Below are positions 1 through 9,867 of a stretch of DNA of 64,000 nt, in pieces. The notes beneath the pieces are model-generated. The model saw nothing but the letters and a program-made list of their open reading frames with translations. It was not told where the DNA came from and did not search any database. The position numbers and the translations under genes are program-made. The first letter of the stretch is position 1, and every line of letters starts with the position of its first letter. The DNA comes from a virus: positions 32,001 through 96,000 of IMG/VR virus record IMGVR_UViG_3300044844_000854, one strand, 5' to 3'.

Positions 1-227
1 TTGAATGGGAAGTTATCCATTCCGATTTTTTAAGCTATTATGCGATTGATAGAGCAGATAATCCTTTGTTTGATAACTTTGTGCAGGAATGGATTACTTA
101 TGATAATCAAGTACATAAATATATCTCTAAAAATCTACCTTTAGGCACATACTACTTTAGATTAAGACTAATCAATACAAATGATTTAGAAAGCTATACA
201 CCTACAATGGAGATTGAAATTGTCTAA
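1..227 (+). CDS. Partial CDS (5' end outside window); virion/neck protein with possible FN3-like C-terminus
   Basis: Frame starting at nt 3 reads EWEVIHSDFL...LPLGTYYFRLRLINTNDLESYTPTMEIEIV to TAA 225-227. The L..GTYYFRLR pattern resembles FN3 strands. It lies directly upstream of neck/tail genes. Confidence 0.55.
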   Translation, partial: EWEVIHSDFLSYYAIDRADNPLFDNFVQEWITYDNQVHKYISKNLPLGTYYFRLRLINTNDLESYTPTMEIEIV

Positions 228-681
228 GTATTTTGGAACAAACCTAAAAGAAACAAACAAATTCATAGATGAGTTTGGCTCTATGATACAATATGTAAGA
301 TACAATAATACATCTAAACGAGCAGACTCACCATATCTTAGTGGTAGGAAAAACTACTTACCACCTGTTGATATTAAGGCACTTGTTGTAGCAGATAGAC
401 AATATTGGAAGGAAAATGTAAGCAAGATTGGTGAAGAGAGTAGAAGAACAATCATTGTCATGTTGTCACAGTCACAAGTGATACAATACTTAATTCCTGA
501 AGCAGAAGATGATCCACGATTACTAAATGACATTGACTTTAGTGATAAAATTCGTATGCAAGATAAATTTATCTATCAAGGTATTGAATACAAGATTGAT
601 ACAATTAGACCTAATGCAGATGATGGTAGTGGTGCAATCTTATTTGAATTCCAATGTAGAAGTGAGATAGGCAACAAATGA
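214..681 (+). CDS. Putative head-closure / head-tail joining protein
   Basis: 155 aa; C-terminal DKFIYQGIEYKIDTI pattern typical of head-closure beta-barrels; upstream of tail terminator and sheath. Confidence 0.45.
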   Translation: MKLSKYFGTNLKETNKFIDEFGSMIQYVRYNNTSKRADSPYLSGRKNYLPPVDIKALVVADRQYWKENVSKIGEESRRTIIVMLSQSQVIQYLIPEAEDDPRLLNDIDFSDKIRMQDKFIYQGIEYKIDTIRPNADDGSGAILFEFQCRSEIGNK

Positions 682-1058
682 ATGATACTACAAAACAACA
701 ACTTTTAGATATTTTTGATGGTATAAAAACTGATATTGTAGATGGTGTTGATAGAGCAGTACAAAAAACAATCCCATCTTTAGGTAGACGATATAATGGA
801 ACTAATGATTATATTAAGATCATTATGGATAATGGTATAGGTATTCGTAAAACTAAAAATACAATACAATACTTTGCAAATGGTAGTATGGATTTAAATA
901 CACTTGAACAAACATACCCTAGCTTACCAAGTGATGTAGATCAATCTATTCATGCTGTTGCAGATAGGCTATACCAAAATATACATGATCAATTTAAAAA
1001 TAAAAGACCAAGACAAGCAAAACCAATAGTGCAACCACCACCATTCATTAAACCTTGA
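678..1058 (+). CDS. Hypothetical virion morphogenesis protein (neck region)
   Basis: 126-aa ORF overlapping the previous stop codon (ATGA coupling); position only. Confidence 0.4.
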   Translation: MNDTTKQQLLDIFDGIKTDIVDGVDRAVQKTIPSLGRRYNGTNDYIKIIMDNGIGIRKTKNTIQYFANGSMDLNTLEQTYPSLPSDVDQSIHAVADRLYQNIHDQFKNKRPRQAKPIVQPPPFIKP

Positions 1059-1082
1059 TAGAAAAAAACGGAGATTACAAAA

Positions 1083-1775
1083 ATGGCTAAACAATTAAAA
1101 GAAATAGAAAAAGCAATCTATGACATATATAAAGATATAAAGCTAACATCTCTACTAGATAATGATAACACTCTTACAGATGTTACTGTATTTTTGGCAT
1201 ATCCTGAAACAGAGATACAACAAGATACAATCTATCCTGCAATTTCTATCAATCTTAGTGAAATGGAAATTGATTTTAAAATGGAACATGCATTACCTAG
1301 AACAGATATAGAAGTAGATTATACAACTACACCACCCACATATAGAACTAGAGAAACATCTCATTGGTATCGTTTAAGGTATTTGATAGAAACCTATGCA
1401 CTTACACCACAAGAAGATAGAGAACTTATTCGTAAGGTAGAGAATAGACTAAATATTCGTGATAGCTTAATTGTAGGTGATGAAGATTATTGGATTTTTC
1501 GCCTATCCTTTAGCACTCAAGACATAGAAGATACTGATCGTATTATCTACCATAAAATCTTTACATATGAAGTACTTGCAGATATTGATAATGAAGATAC
1601 TGACATCATTGAAAAAGGTGTTACAGAAATGCAATATACTTTTAAACAAGCTAAGACAATCGCAAACCAACCTGTTGATACACTAAATAGACCAACTACT
1701 GTAGAGAATGCAGTCAAATATACTGATAGAACTATGGCATTTAATGAAACTCAAATTTGGTTTCCTAGCAATTAA
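1083..1775 (+). CDS. Putative tail terminator / tail completion protein
   Basis: Immediately upstream of the sheath; YPAISI and LRYLIETYA motifs resemble tail-terminator (Pvc16/DUF4255-like) proteins. Confidence 0.55.
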   Translation: MAKQLKEIEKAIYDIYKDIKLTSLLDNDNTLTDVTVFLAYPETEIQQDTIYPAISINLSEMEIDFKMEHALPRTDIEVDYTTTPPTYRTRETSHWYRLRYLIETYALTPQEDRELIRKVENRLNIRDSLIVGDEDYWIFRLSFSTQDIEDTDRIIYHKIFTYEVLADIDNEDTDIIEKGVTEMQYTFKQAKTIANQPVDTLNRPTTVENAVKYTDRTMAFNETQIWFPSN

Positions 1776-1965
1776 CATAAATTTGACTAGACAATCACTT
1801 TTAAAACCTATATAACATAGATCATAAGCATACATATTAAATATATACTCTTAGACATCATAGCTACATTTTACTTGCTAAAATAGAATATATCTCACAA
1901 CAGTATTGATATATTTTACCATAATAGATAAGATTACTTATAAACCTAAAAATGGAGAATAACAA

Positions 1966-3798
1966 ATGGCAACAGTTTATGGCACTCCTGGAGTGTATAT
2001 TAAAGAAAGCAATCCTACAACTACCCCTATCATTACTGTGGGTACAGGTGTAACTGCTTTCTTTGGCTTTACAAAAAAAGGACCTGTACAAAAACCCGTA
2101 GCAGTAGCATCATATAAAGATTACCTAAAAGTATTTGGTGGTTGCTATAAGACAGAAAACCTTGATCTTTGTGTAAAAGCATTCTTTGATAACGGTGGCT
2201 CTAAAGCTTATATCGTTAGATTAACTGCAATCAATGGTGACTCACTTGTAGGTAGCCCATCTTCTGCTACTATTGGTGATTTTACTTTCAAAGCAGGTTA
2301 CAAAGGATTTCAAGCATTTGGTGAAGAAGGGGATAAATTAAAGGTATCTCTTAAACTTAACTCAAAATATGTAGCTAATGCAAATGGTGACCTAAAGGCA
2401 AATGCATCTATTGGTGCTTTGTTTATCTTGATGAAACAAGTAATTGGTATCTCTGCAGGTACTATCCTTAAAATTGCTGAAGGTGGCACTACTGAATATT
2501 TAGAAGTCACTAAGGTAGAAACTACTGTTGTTGCTGGTGCAGTACAAAATAAGGTATTCCTTGCATCTGCTCTTGACTCAGCATTTACTACAGCTTGCAC
2601 AATTAACTCTTTACACTATGATCTTAAAGTAAAAGATAATGCGGATAATGTACTTGAAACATTTAAGCAAGTATCTCTTAATCCATTTGCTAGCGATTAC
2701 ATTGGATTGGTTATCAATGATGATGTTGCAGGCTCTTCTTTCATTATGGTAGATGATGCTCAATTCGATTACTCTTTAGATGCACCTGAATTTGTAGGTG
2801 TTACTTCTCTTGCTGAAACTGTACAAGCATTTATCTTTGGTCAATCAGAAAAATTATCCTTTGACTCAGATAGCTTTATTGGTAATTCTACTATGGGATT
2901 TGGCTTACATGCTCTTGATAATGTCAATGACTTTAGCTTAATTGTAGCTCCACAATCTACAGATAATTCAGATGGACTTATTCGTGCAAATGAAATTTTC
3001 CATAGTGCATTATTAAGCTATGCTGAAACTCGTGGTAAATTTGCTATTTTAGATGCACCTAAAGGACTTACACCTTCTGAAATTGATAGCTATCGTAAAG
3101 CAACATTAGGTGTTGATAGCTATTGGGGTGCTTTATATTACCCACACATTAAGGTACAAGACCCTGCTCGTCCAGGTCAATCTGCTACCATTACTATCCC
3201 ACCTTGTGGACATATTGCAGGTTTATTTGCTAAGGTTGATGGTATTCCTGCCCCTGAAGGTGGTGTATCAAGTGCAGCCGCAGGCTTAAATAAATTTGGT
3301 CAATTGTCAGGACTTGTAGCACTTGAAAGAGTCGTATCTGATGCTGAACAAGAATTTTTAAATCCTGCAGGTGTAAATTGCATTCGCTTGCTTGATTTAG
3401 CAACAGGTGGTAAGGGTATTTTTGTATTTGGTGCTAGAACATTATCATCATTACCACAATATCTCTATATTCCCCTTAGAAGAACAATGAATTTTATTCA
3501 AGAAACAGTAAGACTTTCTACTAAACAATATCTGTTTCAAAAGAATAATCCTGCATTATGGTCAATTCTTAGCAATAACATTTCTGCATTCCTTACAGGT
3601 ATGTGGAATAATGGTCAACTTGCAGGCTCAAATGTTAAAGATGCATTCTTTGTAAAGATTGATGCAAGCACAAATTCACAAGAAGATATTAATCAAGGTA
3701 TCCTAAGTGGTGAAATTGGTGTTGCATTCCAAAGACCTGCAGAATTTATTGTCTTTACTTTCACACAAACACAATCAGGTGGTAGCATTCAAGAGTAA
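1966..3798 (+). CDS. Contractile tail sheath protein
   Basis: N-terminal TPGVYIKE, AFFDNGG, ALYYPHI, PPCGHIAG, LNPAGVNCIR, VFGARTL, C-terminal PAEFIVF: canonical sheath motifs. Confidence 0.95.
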   Translation: MATVYGTPGVYIKESNPTTTPIITVGTGVTAFFGFTKKGPVQKPVAVASYKDYLKVFGGCYKTENLDLCVKAFFDNGGSKAYIVRLTAINGDSLVGSPSSATIGDFTFKAGYKGFQAFGEEGDKLKVSLKLNSKYVANANGDLKANASIGALFILMKQVIGISAGTILKIAEGGTTEYLEVTKVETTVVAGAVQNKVFLASALDSAFTTACTINSLHYDLKVKDNADNVLETFKQVSLNPFASDYIGLVINDDVAGSSFIMVDDAQFDYSLDAPEFVGVTSLAETVQAFIFGQSEKLSFDSDSFIGNSTMGFGLHALDNVNDFSLIVAPQSTDNSDGLIRANEIFHSALLSYAETRGKFAILDAPKGLTPSEIDSYRKATLGVDSYWGALYYPHIKVQDPARPGQSATITIPPCGHIAGLFAKVDGIPAPEGGVSSAAAGLNKFGQLSGLVALERVVSDAEQEFLNPAGVNCIRLLDLATGGKGIFVFGARTLSSLPQYLYIPLRRTMNFIQETVRLSTKQYLFQKNNPALWSILSNNISAFLTGMWNNGQLAGSNVKDAFFVKIDASTNSQEDINQGILSGEIGVAFQRPAEFIVFTFTQTQSGGSIQE

Positions 3799-3838
3799 TA
3801 TCTTAGCTACATAAACACTAGATAAAGGAAAAACAAAA

Positions 3839-4327
3839 ATGGCAGATTTATTGATGAGAAACTTTAAGTTTGAAGTTGGTATTGCTGGTATTTCAACTAG
3901 TATTCAATTTCAATCTGTAACAGGTTTAGAAAAAACAATTGAAGAAATTGAATATCGTGAAGGTAGCGATAAATTAGTGGTTAGAAAATATCCTGGTCAA
4001 GCAAGCATTTCCAATGTTACTTTTGAACGTGGATTTTCAAGTGATAGTGATTTGATTGATTGGATCAATGCAAGCTATAATCCTGATATTGCAGCTAATG
4101 CACCAGCAGTACAAAATGCACCATCACCAATGAGAGATGTCAATATCAAGATTAAAGATCGTAACAATATCATTCAAAGAGAAATTGTACTTAAAGATTG
4201 TTTTGTTGTTAGTAGACAAATCGGTGATCTTGATGCAACAGGTAATGATATTCTTTTAGAAACACTAGAAGTTGCTTGTTCTGATATGATTGAAAGAAAA
4301 TATAGTGCTGAGGGCAGTACTAGATAA
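3839..4327 (+). CDS. Tail tube protein (T4 gp19-like / CIS tube)
   Basis: NFKFEV, FQSVTGL, IEYREG, KYPG, NVTFERG, LDATGNDILLETLEV; follows the sheath. Confidence 0.92.
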   Translation: MADLLMRNFKFEVGIAGISTSIQFQSVTGLEKTIEEIEYREGSDKLVVRKYPGQASISNVTFERGFSSDSDLIDWINASYNPDIAANAPAVQNAPSPMRDVNIKIKDRNNIIQREIVLKDCFVVSRQIGDLDATGNDILLETLEVACSDMIERKYSAEGSTR

Positions 4328-4435
4328 TCTCTTTAGCTTATACAATTATTGACAATCACTAATATAATTTATATAAACATAGCATAGAAAAAACGGAAAG
4401 TTAAAAAAACCATATCACAATGATAGGATAAAGCT

Positions 4436-5248
4436 ATGCTTACAATATCTAATGAAGTTGTATTACCTGTTGGTATTCGTATTGACGGTAAAGTATATAG
4501 AGAAATTACAATTGATGCAATGAATGGCTATGATGAAGAAAACATGTCATCTAAAGCAATCAAAAACAATGGTGCAAAAGCATTGACCATTTTACTAAGA
4601 AGATCAATTCAAGAAATCAAGGGCTTAATTCCTAAGAAAAGAAACTCTGCTGAATTGATTGATGAGAAGATTGTAAGAGAAATGTTTTCTTATGATAGAG
4701 ATTTCCTATTCTTTTGTATTCGTGCTTTAGGTGATACAGAGAAACTTGATTTAAGCAAGGTTGTATGCCCTGAATGTGATAGCGATAATGAATATGAAAT
4801 CGACATTACAGAGTTAGATGTATATGATTGGGCAGATACAGAAAATACACAACTTGACATTGAATTTTCCAAAGGATTTATGGAAAACGGTCAAAGACAT
4901 AAACTTGCTACATGGTCATTCCTTACAGGTAAGCAACAAGAACACTTGGCAACACTTGAAGGCTCACAAGTACTTACATCTTCACTTGCTTTAGGTTTAA
5001 AATCCGTTGTAGGACTTGATCATGTTCCTAGCGATGAACAAATTAGAAGAATGTCTAGTGATGAAAGAATGCATGCATTTAAACAAATTGCAGAACAAGC
5101 ACCTGGATTACAAACTGATATTGAATTAGAGTGTCAATCATGTGGTCATCGTCATAGATTTGGTATTGATGTAACAAGTTTTTTCAATTCAAAGGCGAAA
5201 GCAGTGACCAAAACTACTCAAAATGGCAAGAGAGTGCTGAGAAAATAA
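4436..5248 (+). CDS. Tail assembly chaperone with two CxxC motifs
   Basis: Between tube and tape measure; DRDFLF...IR, CPEC, APG...ELECQSCG...FF, as in T4 gp26/gp51-like and myophage chaperones. Confidence 0.75.
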   Translation: MLTISNEVVLPVGIRIDGKVYREITIDAMNGYDEENMSSKAIKNNGAKALTILLRRSIQEIKGLIPKKRNSAELIDEKIVREMFSYDRDFLFFCIRALGDTEKLDLSKVVCPECDSDNEYEIDITELDVYDWADTENTQLDIEFSKGFMENGQRHKLATWSFLTGKQQEHLATLEGSQVLTSSLALGLKSVVGLDHVPSDEQIRRMSSDERMHAFKQIAEQAPGLQTDIELECQSCGHRHRFGIDVTSFFNSKAKAVTKTTQNGKRVLRK

Positions 5249-5403
5249 GGCAAAATCTTACAAATACTGTGGTTGCTTTTGCTGAAAGATGGCATTGGTC
5301 GGAAACAGATACATTATCATTGCCTATTTATCGTAGAAATCGCTATGTAGAAGAACTACGACAAATTATACAAAAAGAACAACAAGCAATGAAAAAGAAA
5401 TAA
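5179..5403 (+). CDS. -1 frameshift extension of the tail assembly chaperone (gpE'/gpGT-like, DUF6760-like); not in ORF track
   Basis: The -1 frame from T6 (5179-5184) is open to TAA 5401-5403 and encodes ...VAFAERWHWSETDTLSLPIYRRNRYVEELRQIIQKEQQAMKKK, matching the (F/W)HWS..IL.LP...R..(W/Y) chaperone motif. Confidence 0.75.
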   Translation, partial: FFQFKGESSDQNYSKWQESAEKIRQNLTNTVVAFAERWHWSETDTLSLPIYRRNRYVEELRQIIQKEQQAMKKK

Positions 5404-5472
5404 TAAATCTCTAGTTTATATGCTATAAAATCATGTTAGATAATATACACTAAAAAAACGGAGATTTACAAA

Positions 5473-8400
5473 ATGGCAAATTATAACATAGCAATCAGTG
5501 TAGATACTGCAGGGGCAATACAATCACTAAATGCACTAAAAACATCACTAGATAATACACAAAAAGCACTAGACAATACTGAAAACGGTGCAAAAGATAC
5601 TGCTAAATCTATGGGTAATGCATTTGGTGATGTTGCTCAACAATTACAGAACTTTGATCAAGGTATTACAAGAATTGTTGAAAACTTTCTTAAACTTAAA
5701 GGTGTTGCAGATGAATTACTTAATAAATCCCTAGAACAATTTAAGAAAAATGAACAAGAAAGACTATCTTTAGATGTTGTGCTTAATACTCAAGGTGCAT
5801 TTGGTGATATGCAGAAATTTAAAGATAAAATATTGCCTACAATGAGCTTAAATATCTCTAATGATCTTGCTAAGGCTAAGGCTCTTGCAAATTCAGATCC
5901 CAAATATATGAAGGATTTTGATAGCTTAATTAAATCTATGCTATTTATAGGTGCTAAACAAGCAGATGTAGAGAACTTTAAAATTGAATATGCTAGTAAA
6001 ACAGGTACTGATTTAAACAATTTTATCAATGAAACATTAAGTAATGCACAACAATCTAGAATTGATATGGCTAAAAAAGCAGATACAGAAATTCAAAGAT
6101 TATACCAAACGACTAAATTCTCTCAAGGTCAAATTACAGCGATGTTCACTGATATGATCTCTAAGGGTATTGATCCAGGTGTACTTACAGAAAAGAATGT
6201 AAAAACTAAAGATGGTAATGTTAGTATGCTTGATAAAATCGTACAATTAGGTGCTACATTTACAGATGAACTTGGTGGAGCAGATACTGCATTACTTGAG
6301 GCAGGCAAACTTGTTCACCAAGTATTAAATGTAGCAAGTCCAGGTTACCAAACTGATTTTGCAGAAAATACACAACATTTAGGCACTTACCTTGATCAAA
6401 TGATTACTGCATTTAATAAGACACCTCTTACAATTAAGAATGTAGGCGATGTGTTGGTTAGAAATATGGGATTAAATCAAAAATTCTATGCGACTACATT
6501 CCCTGAATTTCTAGCGATGTCAGGTAAATTACTAAATGCAAAATCAGGTGCTGAAACAGGTGAATATTTACATGCATTCCAAAGAGGTTTTATCTTAATG
6601 CAACAAAATATTGATAGGCAAATTGAAGAAAAACAAGTTGAATTACAAACACAAGGTAAGCAAGGATTAACACTTCAACCTAAAGTTAGAAAAACTGCAA
6701 AAGCATTATCCACTGCAAATCTACAAAATGATGAGATTTTAAAACTTACAAATGCATCAGGATTTAAGCAATTACTAAATCAAATCATGTTAGATGAGAA
6801 TACTACCACTCAATTAAGTCAACTTGCAGGTACAGGTCAATTTAATCAAATACCAGCACTAATTGAAACATTTGCTAAAGGTAAAGGGATTACACTTGAA
6901 CAAGGCACAATGAACTCTATGTCACAGGTTATGCTTGGACTTAAAGGTGAAATGGATAGTTTAAGCAAAGGTCTACAATCACTTACACCTGAATTAGCAG
7001 CAGAACTTGTTCAATCAAATGTATTAAAAGATTTAGGTAATGGTGTATATGAACTAATTAGGGGTATAGGTGAAAACTCTAAGATTGTTGAAGAAAATGG
7101 TAAGAAATTCTATTCAGGTAAATCTATTGCTAATCAAGGTACTCAATATAAAATTGGCGAGCAAATGCCTATTATTGCTAAAGGTGTTTCAGGCAATTAT
7201 TCGTATGCTGATTTTGCAGGTAATCAAGAACTATTTATACAGAAACAATTAGATGAATTAGGTGCTCAATCATTTGCATACAATTTATTTGGTAATGATT
7301 TACTACTATCCTTCTTTAACTTGGTTACTTTAGGTGGTAATTTCCAAGAAATCTTATCAGGTATACAATCAGGTGTATTTACATTAGATGAGTCATATAA
7401 ACAATTTGAACAGACACTATCCAATGCAATACAAATTAATGAAGGTCTTATGGATGGTATGTTTAGAGCATTCTCAAACAATGTAGGTTTTGTAAATCTA
7501 TCTTTTGAGAAGCTAAAAACTACCTTAATGTCATCTTACTTAAATATAGATAAGGAAACTCGTTTAATGTCAGATGGTGCAACATCAAATGTTCTCTTAA
7601 TCTTATCAACAATAGGTAAGGTAGGTGCAATAATTGGTAGTGCATTAGCTTTATCTGCAAGTTATTCCTTGATTGTGCCTTATCTCACTATGAATGCTTT
7701 AGGTGAAAAAGTAGGTATGCTTGCTAATCTAAAAACTAGATTTATTGAGATGATACCATTCTTAAAATACCTTAGCATAGGTGCACTTGTTGTTGTAGGT
7801 CTTGCATTTGCATTCCAAAAACTATTTGCAAACGGCACTGATTTAGGTAAAAAATTCCAAGATATAGGCGGAATATTCAATAACTATATCATACCTGCAT
7901 TTGTAACAGGTAAAAAGAAAACTGATGGTGCATCTAAAGCAGTTATTGTTCTACAAGATGCAGCAATATCTATTAGAAGTGTATTGATAGGATTTATGGA
8001 CGGATTTTCTGATGCATTACTTGTAGCTGTTAAAGGTGTTACATTCTTCTGTATGCTTATTGGTTCTCTTATTGGATTGCTTTTTGGTGCATCTATGGGA
8101 CATGAAGAAGTATCAAAATATATTGGATATGTAGGCTATGCTTTAGGTATTTTACTACCACTCATCTTTTTATATAACAAGCTAACGGCTATAACTGCAT
8201 TCATCACTACATTCGCTACTAAGAGAGTATTTATATTTTTTGCAATTATTGGTGGACTTATCGCCATATTCTCACTTCTTCAAGAGTATGGCTTAGTTGT
8301 TGTAGGTATTGTTGGATTACTTGCTCTTGGATTTGGATTTTTTGGTAAAGCTACTTGGGGAGCAATGATACCTTTACTCAAATTTATTGGTATTGTTCTT

Positions 8401-8835
8401 GTAATGGTTGCAGGTATTGATCTTCTCATACAATTATTTTTAAAACTAGCAGAAGTAGCAGGTATCAAAACTGTAGCAGCATTTGGTGATGCTTATAATA
8501 AACAAAAAGAAAATCTTATGGCAAAAGGTAAAGAAATTATGAACTCTGTATCTACTGTTCCTGATATGGGTATGGGAAATATGGAATTACCTAAAGAATT
8601 GAATATATCACCTGATCAATTATCATCAAAATCCTTAGAAGTGCCAAGTGGTGCAGATATGATTGATTTTAAAGGATTGCCACAATTACAGTCATCTTCA
8701 CCTGTCACTGTAAATATTACACTTAAAGAAGCTATTATAGAGCCTACAAGTGATGTATTCTTAAAGAAAGTAGCTAATACACTTGTACCACATATTCAAG
8801 ATGCACTTAATAGAAACAATACATCTATTGGATAA
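5473..8835 (+). CDS. Tape measure protein
   Basis: 1120 aa, helical N-terminus, multiple hydrophobic segments in the C-terminal third, located after tube and chaperone. Confidence 0.85.
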   Translation: MANYNIAISVDTAGAIQSLNALKTSLDNTQKALDNTENGAKDTAKSMGNAFGDVAQQLQNFDQGITRIVENFLKLKGVADELLNKSLEQFKKNEQERLSLDVVLNTQGAFGDMQKFKDKILPTMSLNISNDLAKAKALANSDPKYMKDFDSLIKSMLFIGAKQADVENFKIEYASKTGTDLNNFINETLSNAQQSRIDMAKKADTEIQRLYQTTKFSQGQITAMFTDMISKGIDPGVLTEKNVKTKDGNVSMLDKIVQLGATFTDELGGADTALLEAGKLVHQVLNVASPGYQTDFAENTQHLGTYLDQMITAFNKTPLTIKNVGDVLVRNMGLNQKFYATTFPEFLAMSGKLLNAKSGAETGEYLHAFQRGFILMQQNIDRQIEEKQVELQTQGKQGLTLQPKVRKTAKALSTANLQNDEILKLTNASGFKQLLNQIMLDENTTTQLSQLAGTGQFNQIPALIETFAKGKGITLEQGTMNSMSQVMLGLKGEMDSLSKGLQSLTPELAAELVQSNVLKDLGNGVYELIRGIGENSKIVEENGKKFYSGKSIANQGTQYKIGEQMPIIAKGVSGNYSYADFAGNQELFIQKQLDELGAQSFAYNLFGNDLLLSFFNLVTLGGNFQEILSGIQSGVFTLDESYKQFEQTLSNAIQINEGLMDGMFRAFSNNVGFVNLSFEKLKTTLMSSYLNIDKETRLMSDGATSNVLLILSTIGKVGAIIGSALALSASYSLIVPYLTMNALGEKVGMLANLKTRFIEMIPFLKYLSIGALVVVGLAFAFQKLFANGTDLGKKFQDIGGIFNNYIIPAFVTGKKKTDGASKAVIVLQDAAISIRSVLIGFMDGFSDALLVAVKGVTFFCMLIGSLIGLLFGASMGHEEVSKYIGYVGYALGILLPLIFLYNKLTAITAFITTFATKRVFIFFAIIGGLIAIFSLLQEYGLVVVGIVGLLALGFGFFGKATWGAMIPLLKFIGIVLVMVAGIDLLIQLFLKLAEVAGIKTVAAFGDAYNKQKENLMAKGKEIMNSVSTVPDMGMGNMELPKELNISPDQLSSKSLEVPSGADMIDFKGLPQLQSSSPVTVNITLKEAIIEPTSDVFLKKVANTLVPHIQDALNRNNTSIG

Positions 8836-8925
8836 TGTATAAAAAACGGAATGTATAAAAAAAGGAATATAAAATCTCTTTAGTATGATATATTATGAAA
8901 ACAAAAATACTAAGGAGAATAAACA

Positions 8926-9540
8926 ATGGCAGACAATTTAGGTAGTAAGAATAGTTGGTTTAAAACTACACTCGAAAAAGGTAGTATAGAAGTATATGAT
9001 CCTTCACAAAGACAGATTAGAGATGAGATTGGGTTTCAATTTATCCCTAGAGATGTTGTGGTAAAATACAATCCAAACTATGAATTTTTATCTGCACCAC
9101 AAGGTTTAAGGAATTTTGCTCAATTTGGTAGCACTAAACCAAGAGTAATTTCATTTGAACTTATGTATATTGGATCTACTCAAGATAATGATCTTAAAGA
9201 GATAGATACTATACAAAAAAAATTAAAATCTTTAGTTACACCTACAAGCATAGATAATACTAAATTAAAAACAGATATTGTTACTTTCCAAAACATAAGA
9301 TTAGCACCACCACTTGTTAGATTAAAAATGGGTAATCTTGTTCAGGACACTACAGATAAATTGCCTATTGGTGTAATCTCTTCTCTTACAATTAAGGGAT
9401 TAAGTGTATCACCTAATGGACTTAAACTAAATCGCTTTAGTGCTGATATAGAATTTACAGAAAGCACAACAGATTATGGTTTAAACTTTGAAAATCAAGT
9501 CATATACCAAGAAATGAAGGCTAAAGGAATAATAAAATGA
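8926..9540 (+). CDS. Tail tube initiator (CIS tube / Afp7-like)
   Basis: FQFIP, QFGS..PRVISFEL, APPLVRL.MG, GVISSL motifs; follows the tape measure. Confidence 0.7.
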   Translation: MADNLGSKNSWFKTTLEKGSIEVYDPSQRQIRDEIGFQFIPRDVVVKYNPNYEFLSAPQGLRNFAQFGSTKPRVISFELMYIGSTQDNDLKEIDTIQKKLKSLVTPTSIDNTKLKTDIVTFQNIRLAPPLVRLKMGNLVQDTTDKLPIGVISSLTIKGLSVSPNGLKLNRFSADIEFTESTTDYGLNFENQVIYQEMKAKGIIK

Positions 9541-9842
9541 GATATGATACTTCTAGAATTAACTATACGAATTATGATCTTGATGATAGTAGTAAGAACA
9601 CTATTGATGTAGTAATACCTACTAGATATACTAATCCCTTTTTTAACTATTCCGTTTTTTCTATGGGATTATACACTACTCAATTTAGCGATACTTACCA
9701 ATCTATTGCACAGAAACTTTACAATAATCAATTGTCTTGGCATACCATTGCAGATTTAAATCCTGAGTATGATGCACTTGAATATTGTGATGGATTACCT
9801 GATAACATTACAATTAAGGTGATCATTACAGAAAGCAAATAA
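9537..9842 (+). CDS. LysM-like / tail X baseplate protein
   Basis: DTYQSIAQKLYNNQLSWHTIADLNP matches the LysM-like baseplate motif. Confidence 0.8.
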   Translation: MRYDTSRINYTNYDLDDSSKNTIDVVIPTRYTNPFFNYSVFSMGLYTTQFSDTYQSIAQKLYNNQLSWHTIADLNPEYDALEYCDGLPDNITIKVIITESK

Positions 9843-9867
9843 CATAGAAAAAAACGGACATTAAAAA

